Shown here: positions 54,542 through 64,000 of the stretch, piece after piece
Position numbering within the stretch: position 1 is the first letter of the stretch
Layout of the letters: the number at the start of each line of letters is the position of its first letter
From: Eledone cirrhosa
Lineage: Eukaryota
Length of the DNA: 64,000 nucleotides
Assembly: GCA_964016885.1 (NCBI GenBank)
Contig: OZ024741.1
Span: 78,864,001 to 78,928,000, forward strand
Direction of reading: 5' to 3'
Notes under the pieces: generated by a model
Told to the model about the DNA's origin: nothing
The model's input: the letters and a program-made list of their open reading frames with translations, nothing else
The model's database searches: none
Translations under genes and position numbers: made by a program

Positions 54542-54874
54542 GTTTAGGTGATTCAGTGAATTACTGCTGGTGGTACTAATATGAGCGCTCGGTGCACAGG
54601 CAGAGTGTATATAATAAGAAAGAGCGATGAAGTTTCGTTTACATGTTTTTATTGATTATTGACCTGTTTCACAGGTGATTGGCTCAAGGTCACTTATGAG
54701 AGTGTTTTGTTGGATCACCAAGTCTGACGAGCAGATCGATGCTGGAGTATGATCCATAACTTCCATAGGTTACCTTGAGCCAATCATCTGTGAAATGCTC
54801 GTAACGGGTTAATATTCAATTAAAATATAAAAACATGTAAACAAAATTTGGTTGTTTTTTCTTATATACACACA

Positions 54875-54971
<97 letters not shown>

Positions 54972-55138
54972 GAATTAGAATTTAGCTTCGACCATCGCTG
55001 TATACATATATATATTGGATTTTAGTATTTCTAAAGAAATACGGCATGTTTATGAATAAACATTTAGAAAGCCGTAGCTATGCAAAAACACCGGCAGCTA
55101 TCGCCACTTGGTGGTGTCCAGCAGAAGCAAGAGTGACA

Positions 55139-55182
55139 ATCGTCAATGCATTTCGAACTGAACTGGTTCTCATCAGGACGAT
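55139..55182 (-). ncRNA. Type I hammerhead ribozyme
   Basis: ATCGTC-CTGATGA-GAAC cagttca GTTC-GAAA-TGCA-TT^-GACGAT; helix I extended by GCAAGAGTG/CACTCTTGC (55127-55197). Confidence 0.92.
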
Positions 55183-55480
55183 CCCTCCCACTCTTGCAAC
55201 TGCTGGACTTTGAAAACAGGCGAGAATATATGGTTTTCTCGTCTGTGTAAATGAGGTAATTAATCTCATTTGCATTTGAAGCTGTATAAGTTGGTTCAAC
55301 TTGTAATAGAATAGAACTAGGATTTAGCTTCGAGCATAGCTGTATATAGATATGTATTGGAATTTCGTATTTCTAAAGAAATACGGTATGTTTATAAATA
55401 AAAATTTGGAAAGCCGTAGCTATGCAAAAATACCGACAGTTATCGCCACCTGGTTGTATCCAGCAGAAGAAAGGGGGACA

Positions 55481-55524
55481 ATCGTCGATGCATTTCGAAC
55501 TGAATTGGTTCTCATCTGGATGAT
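55481..55524 (-). ncRNA. Type I hammerhead, second tandem copy (core U4>A)
   Basis: ATCATC-CAGATGA-GAAC..GTTC-GAAA-TGCA-TC^-GACGAT, 342 nt from the first. Confidence 0.8.
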
Positions 55525-56169
55525 CCCTCCCGCTCTTGCAACTGCTAGACTTGGAAAACAGGCGAGAATATATAGGTTTCTCGTCTGTGTAAATGAGGTA
55601 ATTAATCTCATTTGCATATGAAGCTGCCTAAGTTGGCTCAACTTGTAACATACAACTGGTTGAATCAAGAGGCATCGGGAAAATTTGAAGCTTAGTTGTC
55701 TCAACGCAGAAATGACTATAATAATAACCGATCTCTATGAATAATAATTGAGTAAATCGGGTAAAACACCCCTGGACACGGAAATATGTGGGCAGAAGTG
55801 CCTGCCAGGAATCAACCATCACACCTCTCGGATGTTGAGCAAGGGCGTTTAGCACAATGTTAAAGTACCCCTGGCAATAAATTCCGTAAGCCTGTAGCTA
55901 GAAGCACTGGGAAAATTTGAAATTTAAAATGAAATCGTCCCACGTAGAAATGACCAAATTTTACACTATTTTCTTAACTATTATTTATATTGATCGACTA
56001 TTATTATGGTTATTTCTGCGTTGGGACGATCGCATTTCACATGCTATGCACACACACACACGCACGCACACACGCATATTTACATACATACATACACGCA
56101 CACACCCACATACATACATACATTACATACATACATGCAAACAAAAATTGAGAGTTGCCAAGGGGAAAC

Positions 56170-57400
56170 TCTGATATCACAAGTAGGTGGCTGAAAACAA
56201 ATAATTAATAAAAGATTCAGCAAAGACCAAACTTAAGTCTATAGAGATATCAGAGGCAAATCAATAAATGCCACTGAGGCCCCATCTCATATAGACATAA
56301 ATTCCTTCTACAGAAAAGTATGAAGTAAGGAAAAGAAATTCAACTAAGATGCAGTGTGGTCGAAAGATATCCTGCGTTGCAACAAAAGTATACAAGCACC
56401 ATAGATGGTAATTTTGAAACTGTGATAGTAAAACTTCAAGATAAGAAAGCACCAGGAAGAGATTTGATTGTCAGCTACTGGTACAAAACAAACTGACTTC
56501 AAGAAAAACCTTGACCTGATTACGACTTTCTCAAAAGATATAGGAATGGAGTTTGGCCACACCGTTTCAGTGGTATCTGATAAGGACTTCTAGAAATACT
56601 TAGGGAAAGAGGAAAATACATCCTATGATTGAATTTGTAACAAGGAAAGAGTAATCAAAGAAAATAACACTCGAATAAGAAAAATATGGTCTTCTGAACC
56701 CTCTGCTTACAATAAATCAATGGCTCAGAACTTGTTTGCTCTGCATGTCCTGACACCAACGTTTGTACTACTTGACTGGACAGTAGATGAAATCTGAGCC
56801 ATTAGTGTTAAAACCCGAAAAGTTCTAACCGACACTGGAAATTTCCATATCAACACTGACAAAGACCGCCTCTACCTGAAACATAAACAGGAAGTCAGAG
56901 GCTTAGCATCAACCCAAGCATCATATCCCCTCCGACAACATCTTAGGAACCACCAAGCGTAGAAGCCCACCTGTAGATCATGTTTGTTTAAATGAGGCAG
57001 GCAAATAACACCAAGAGACTTGATAAATGCTCCCTGCATGATAAACAAACATTCACATCCAGGGAAATTGCACGGCAGTACCGCAATGAATCCAGGGTTA
57101 AAAAACTTCATTATCAGCAAAAAATCCTGCATGGCTATATTGCCAGAAAGCTTCAAAGTGAGAGCAATATAAAAAAGCAAAGAGTCTATTTTTGGCAAAT
57201 AACCGGTTTATTAGCTTTCATTTTGAAGGATATGCTTTGGCAATCCCAGAATAGGAAATAACAATGAAATAACTGACGCACAAAAGAGATAGGGAAGCAA
57301 GCAAAATACTTAGACGTGACAACAAAGGCAGACACTAATGAATAAACACCGAAGATGTCACTGATATCATACGCAGCTGTCCAAGAAGTCGGCTAGTTAG
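56170..57400 (+). mobile_element. Decayed R4/Dong-like (RLE) LINE, copy 1
   Basis: Collinear with 58230-59680, e.g. RLYLK.KQ..RGL and the LHGYIARKL region; many stops. Confidence 0.75.
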
Positions 57401-57527
57401 GAGGTTGCAAATATAGTACATTAAGGGAACAGTAAATAAATGTAAAAGATTTCAGAAATTCAATATGTATTAATCTAGTTAATGTTGTCTAAATTCCACT
57501 GAAAGTGTTTTGTTTCTATGTTTGAAA

Positions 57528-57589
<62 letters not shown>

Positions 57590-58089
57590 ATAAAAATTTA
57601 TAAAATAATAAACCACAACATACATACATTCACACATACATGATGATGGCTGCCCTCTCGTTATCGAGTATAGCCATTACACGATATAACATTATTAATA
57701 ATTATTAATTAATTCTATCGTGCAAAGCCTGTGCGTGAAGATATTTTTAAAGTGAGGAAAGACTGTGCACTGAGCCAATCCCACTCTCTGAGAGACAGTA
57801 GCTATAACCCGAAAAGAAGAAAAGATCAACTTCATCGGTAACTACTGCGCCGCAGGTTTTATATCGGAGTTATCCCAGTTTCCTAAGTTGCCTTTGCCTA
57901 GAAGAATGCTCTGACAAAGGCTAGGGGTCCTTCACTCCCAGTGGTTTAACCGCGCGGTACATGTGTATATACATATTTACACACTTTTGGATGGTCGTTG
58001 ACTCTTATGAGTTCTTCCGCCTACATACATACATACATACATGCATGTGAAAATGCTCTCCACATGCAAACAAAAACAAAATAAATGCA

Positions 58090-60060
58090 CTCCTCACCAA
58101 ATAAAGAGTGAAGAATAAAATAGAAAGAATGTTTGGTAACTGTACAATCAGAACTCTTCAATATAAACTGATCAGTCTCAAACAAGAATTGAGAGCTGTC
58201 AGCGATAAACTTGAGGCTCCATCCCAGAAGGACATAGATTCCTTTTGGAGAAAAATATGGAGTGGAGAAAAGAAATTCAATCAAAATGCAGTGTGGTTGA
58301 AAGAGATCCAAAGAACTACTGCCTCTACACTACAACAAAAGCATATAGCATCAATGAGGATATCCTTGAGACTGTGGTAGGAAAACTCCAAGATACGAAA
58401 ACACCAGGAAGAGACTTGCTGAAGTCCCAGACATTATAATCAGAGCCATAGAGAAGCTATCTTCTTCGTGGGCCACTACCCTAAAGTTATAAACAGAGAA
58501 GGAGGACTCAATTTTCACTGATAAAATATAATATCACAGGGGTATATTTCAAGGAGACTGACTCTCTGTGTTACTATTTATTCTGTATTTAAACCCTTGT
58601 CCTTTCTGCCCAAGAAATGTGAAGGATACATCATTGGCTCACAGGAGGACAGGAATACGAACCAAACCCTTGTGAATGATCTGAAACTCTATGCCAAGAA
58701 CATAAATAGGATGACGAAAAACCTTAGCCGGGTTACGCCGTTTTCGAAAAATATAGGAATGGACATTGGCAAGAATAAATATTCATATATGATTGTAAAG
58801 CGAGGGGAAACGGCAAGCCAATCTAGCAACATTTTTATCAATGGCCTAACTGTTTCACCGAGACCTGACAAGGACTGCTACAGATACCTCGGGATAGATG
58901 AGAACATAGCCTATAATGGTATTTGTAACAAGGAACGCATAGCCAGGGTGTATTACACCCGATTGAGAAAAAATGGTCACCTGAAATCTCTGCGTACAAT
59001 GGCTCACTATGAAATCTCTGCAAACAATGGCTCACTATGAGTTTGTTGTGCCTGTCCTAACACCAATAATCGGAATACTTGTTTGGATGATAGATGAAAT
59101 CCGAGCTATCGATGTTTAAACTCGAAAAGTCCAAAACAACACCGGAAACTTTCAGATCAACAGTGACATAGATCACCTCTACCTGAAACGTAAACAGGGA
59201 GGCAGAAGTCTAACATCAGTTGCATCATATCCCTCCCACAACATTTTCGAATCATCAAGCGTAGGAGCCCATCTACTGAGCAAGTCTATCTGCATGAGAC
59301 AGAAAACACCATGAGATGGGAAAGAACTCTTTGAGAAATACTCCCTGCATGATATTCAAAACTCACACCCAGAGAAATTGTCCAGCAATGCCTCAGTGAA
59401 TCCATGGATGAAAACCTGCAAAAGATCATGCATGGATATGTTACCAGGAAGCTCCAGAGTGAGAGTAATATAAGCAAAGTAGTCTATCTTGGCCCAACAA
59501 CCGGCATATTGGCTCTCACATTGAAGGATATGCTTTTGCAATCTAAGAACAGGAAACCAATACAAAATACCTGATTTACAAAAGAGATAGGGATGCAGGC
59601 AAACACCTAGATGTGACAACAAATGCAGATTCTGTAGAATTAATATTAAAGATGTCACCCATGTCATAAGCAGCTGTCGAAAGATGCCATCACGGTACTA
59701 TCTACCTATGAGGCATGATGTAGTAGCCAAAACACTGTACAATGCAATCCGTAGAAAAGATAGCTCGACAATAAACATATTAAAAATTACAGCAATGTAG
59801 AAGCGATATGCATACATAATATAAAAGAGTACTGGTGGAATATTCTAGTCCCCCCGCCCACAAAATGCATAACATACCAGATATAATGATGTGGGACAGG
59901 GAAAAGAAGGCATGCACAGTAGTGGAAGTTAGCTGCCCAACAGATGCCAATATGATATTAAAGATTAGCGAAAAGGAGAATATCGATACAGAACTAATGA
60001 AGAATTTGCAAGTACAATCCATTAATGGAACTATAAAAATATGTAAAACATTCCAAACAT
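58090..60060 (+). mobile_element. Decayed R4/Dong-like (RLE) LINE, copy 2
   Basis: RGIFQGD, VNDLKLYA, YRYLGIDE, LYLKRKQGGRSL, CRFC...THVISSC, MRHDVVAK, HNIPDIMMWD...VVEVSCP. Confidence 0.85.
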
Positions 60061-60532
60061 TCTGCATGTAATAACTGCATATACACATGTATAGATACAA
60101 AACATAATGACTAGTCTGTAATTTGTCGAGTTGTACCAGACAGTCTTTTGGCTGCTATTTCTAGCGACATTATAAATCTGTCATACAGTCCTAATATGCT
60201 AGGGGACTTTTGATCATGTAACGCTGCGCATGTTTTTATTCCAGCAAGCTGCTTCGGCAAAAGGTACAGTATGTATGATTTCTTGATCAATTTCTCTTAG
60301 CGTTTGAAGAATTAAACTTCACTGAAGAGTATGGTGGATTCTTCAATTATTGGCGGTTCCAATAAGAATTCTTCCCCATATGAAACCATAGTAGGGATAT
60401 TTATTTATAAACACGTTTAGATAGAATATTGTTTTGGTCTATCTTGTTTATACTCCCATAAATAGAGTTTTTCCTCAATATATAACATTACTTCTCTCAT
60501 TGAGATGTTTAAGTATTAGTGATTAATTAACC

Positions 60533-60620
<88 letters not shown>

Positions 60621-60628
<8 letters not shown>

Positions 60629-60975
60629 TAAACGGAATAGAAAATGCTGACAAATTGTTCACAGTGAAAAATAGTTTAATTAGGAATAAATGAGAATTAG
60701 TAATTGTATTGGTTAGTATTCAGTTTTGGTTTTAAGTTTTACCGGTTGCGCATTTCTAAATGCTTTTCAAAAATAATTTTGAGATAGAGCGCCCGTGATG
60801 TTTGCTCTAATCTGATTAGTTTTGGAAATTCTACCTGTTTTTATGTTAAAAAAGTGGCTCCAGCGCTATTAAAATTGGTTTTTGCGCCAATTCGTGTTGC
60901 AAAAATTCTTGTGGTCAAAACAATTTTGATTGGTCGGTAGAGGTCATGTGAATGTAAAAAATTGATTTTGCGCCA
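60621..60975 (-). mobile_element. Unfolded third copy of the 41417 element, beside a long (TA)n tract
   Basis: 60621-60813 matches 41419-41623, including the HHR-like motif at 60737-60773, then continues into new sequence. Confidence 0.85.
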
Positions 60976-61006
60976 AGACTGAGAAATGACTCTTTCACAA
61001 CAAACA

Positions 61007-61088
<82 letters not shown>

Positions 61089-61178
61089 GTAGTAGTAAAG
61101 TGTTCGTTGTTGTGATAATGGTTAGCAGGGATGTGTGTGCGAACCGCAGCCTGTTGACAGTTCAAATGCCTATTAAGA

Positions 61179-61221
<43 letters not shown>

Positions 61222-61222
<1 letters not shown>

Positions 61223-61330
61223 GCAGAGTAATTCGTGGTAGAGGGATGGTCAGTAGGAATGTGTCTGTAAGTGAGTGGGGGATATTTTAACATGTTAAAA
61301 GATATTTTTCAGCTCTTGTCTTATACGGAG

Positions 61331-61416
<86 letters not shown>

Positions 61417-61530
61417 AGCAGAGTAATTCGTGGTAGAGGGATGGTCAGTAGGAATGTGTCTGTAAGTGAGTGGGGGATATTTTAACATGTTAAAAGATAT
61501 TTTTCAGCTCTTGTCTTATACGGAGAAGTG
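61222..61530. repeat. Identical ~110-bp direct duplication separated by (GT)n
   Basis: 61222-61335 equals 61418-61530. Confidence 0.9.
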
Positions 61531-61686
61531 TGTGTGTGTGTGTGTGTATAAGTCTCTTTGTATGTTAATGTACGCGTGTGTATGTGTGTGTGTATATATA
61601 TATGTGTGTGTGTGTGTGTGGGTGGACCAGTATTTTTTTCCTGGTAAAATGGTGTACATTATTCGATATTTTCAGTGTATATTTCA

Positions 61687-61760
<74 letters not shown>

Positions 61761-61861
61761 GGCAACACTCATCTTTTTCCATTTCTCCGAGGGTTATAAA
61801 CCCCACTATCAGGCTAAACATTTCTTTAGTCTAAAATACGATGAAAGCTTACAATTTCTAA

Positions 61862-61901
<40 letters not shown>

Positions 61902-63123
61902 AATGAAGAATTAGAAATAGAAGCCAGGAATATCCGTCATCAGTGGTCTACTAGCCATCATAGGTATTTCTTCGCATTACAGACAATATACCTCCAGCTA
62001 AGGCGATACAATAAATAAATTAAGTTATTGGGATAAAAAGAGTTGGGAGGAGAAAGAGAGACATGTGCTATGAAGAACCGAAGGACTTACGGTGTTCTAT
62101 GTTGCATGTTTTCATGTAATAGTAGAGCCTCACATTTGCTCTCTGCTGGTTGATAGACGAGGTTTGAATAAGGTGGTTGGTTTAAAATTACTTTCAACTG
62201 TAATGGAGTGTCTGGATGAGCGTTGTCGTTTTTGTGCAACCATAATTCTAACAAAAACACACACACTTAAAACAACAACAAAATCACAATACCGTGAATC
62301 CGATCTGTGATCTTTTGAGAAAATTAATAATAGGTTCGTTTATTGACAGACATAAAACATGCACTGCCATGACCATGCTGTTTTTTGGTCTGGCGATGTT
62401 AGCAACTTTTGGTGGCGTCAATGCTGGTTTCATGCCTGCAATTAAGCTGGCTAAATTCTCTGACCACACATACGCAGAGACTCCAATAAATCAAAATGAT
62501 GACTACATGCCATTTTCTTCCCGCAAATTCTTCCCGCACCATTATGATGCCTAAGTTTTTCTTACCCATCCCCACAAAAGTAATGAAACATACATATACA
62601 CACATCGAGGCACACACTTGCACAGTCACACCCACCCACACACAACCACTCTCAGAAAAAATATATAAATATATATATATAAAATATATATATATATATT
62701 ATAAAAAATATAATCAGTTTATTCTCAAACTTTTCTTTAACAACCCATAAAGAACCTTTACCCTTATATGGACAGCTTATACCCTTATATATGTATGTTT
62801 CATTACTTATGTGGGGATCGGTAAGAAAACCTGCCGTATTGTAGTTGTGTGTGTGTGTGTGGGGGGGGGGGGGCAAAAATTGTCACGTTTCTTTCTCAAT
62901 AGAATTTGACAAATATTTTTAAGAATGAAGCAAAACTAGTTTTGTTAGAGCCGTTAAAAGATTAAATAATACACCCACTCTGCTCTTATGCATTAGGTAA
63001 ACACACACACACACACACACACAATCATATATATATATTTATATATATACATTTACCCTGTAATTGCTTGATGTGTTTATTTTATATATATATGTCATTC
63101 GACTTTTAATTTAATGTATATAT

Positions 63124-63460
63124 ACATTTATGTATTTATATCTATCTATCTTTCTTTCTCCATGTCTTCTCCATGACTTTAGTCATGCCCTTATTATGTT
63201 CATGACCTGAGAATAAACTTTTGTAGAATTCGCCAATCTGAAAAGTCAATACGATTGAATGATGAAGAAAGATGTGTTGGATGGGGAGACCCACACACCA
63301 CAAGGGCCACTGGAATTTCCCTTTAATAACTTTTAATGCGAGCCAAAACTGGCAGCATTGTCGTGGGTGATAGGGAGGCTAAGGCACTGGAACATTTATG
63401 TATTTATATCTATCTATCTTTCTTTCTCCATGTCTTCTCCATGACTTTAGTCATGCCCTT
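63124..63460. repeat. 69-bp direct repeats 268 bp apart
   Basis: 63124-63192 equals 63392-63460. Confidence 0.9.
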
Positions 63461-64000
63461 TTTATGGACGAATGGCTACATTCTATCATAGTTAACTGGG
63501 TTTTATGATTTAACAATTCATTTGACAAAAAATGTTTTAGAAATTCGCAGTACACGAAGTAGTGACGTACCAACTTTCTTTTAAGTCCTGCATTTCCCAC
63601 GTAGAATTAAAACCAATAGTACGAAAACACAAGTTTTTTAAGTGGGTGGGGTAATCTTGTTCTGCGGTATCTATGACTGTATGTTTTCTTTTTCTAAGGT
63701 AGGTCTGTTTAATCACCAACGAAGTCATAAGGACAGACAAAACATTTTAGTTCATTAAGTCGCAACAACAAATTGTATAACATAAAGGTCAAGTGTGAAG
63801 ATTTGGTGGGTTAAACTGACATTGTGCTATTCATGAATTCATCAGAATGTACTTCTACATACTGCTTTCTTTGTCGAGTCTGCAAAAAGATATCTGAAGA
63901 CGTGTGTTCATTCAATAAATACTCTCTTCCTTAACTTACACTGCCAGCAATATTTGCAAATACGAGGCTCTGTCCGTGAAATGTTTTCTTTTAACAGTCA

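Larger units (their letters stand above)
54968..55647 (-). mobile_element. Tandem dimer of a 342-nt HHR-containing unit (non-LTR retrozyme-like)
   Basis: Two diverged head-to-tail copies abutting a long (TA)n tract, each with an HHR at the same offset. Confidence 0.88.

Noticed and set aside
55065-55300. Cysteine-rich peptide-like reading on the minus strand (..SKCIDDCHSCFCWTPPSGDSCRCFC..)
   Set aside because: No start codon or signal peptide, several cysteines are not kept in the second repeat unit, and the sequence is better explained by the hammerhead.
61222-61530. Identical duplication as a possible mobile unit
   Set aside because: Bounded by (GT)n on all sides; slippage, unequal exchange or an assembly overlap is simpler.
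62280-62600. Possible further PLE linker remnant on the minus strand (NLASLIAG)
   Set aside because: Similarity is limited to a few residues.

Overview
AT-rich, microsatellite-dense animal genomic DNA. The SINE families look like those I recall from octopus, which is an inference and not a database result. I find no convincing host protein-coding exon; nearly all six-frame ORFs are microsatellite read-through or decayed transposon frames. The window is a retroelement graveyard: a Tx1/L1-type LINE in a (TATC)n tract, CR1, RTE, R4/Dong-like and CRE-like LINE relics, at least six Penelope-like (PLE) fragments, several tRNA-derived SINEs and a non-autonomous Helitron. The most striking signal is about 15 type I hammerhead ribozyme (HHR) motifs, with either a canonical CUGAnGA core or a compensatory UUGAnAA core, and mostly with a palindromic helix III. 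They lie in short non-coding units, most of them in or beside (TA)n tracts. These units occur as tandem dimers, as 1.1-1.5-mers with terminal direct repeats, and as fold-backs whose two arms are different circular permutations of one monomer. This fits a diverse set of retrozyme-like, circular- or multimer-RNA-templated elements mobilised in trans by Penelope RT/GIY-YIG. All RNA structures were paired by eye, with no folding or covariance-model search.
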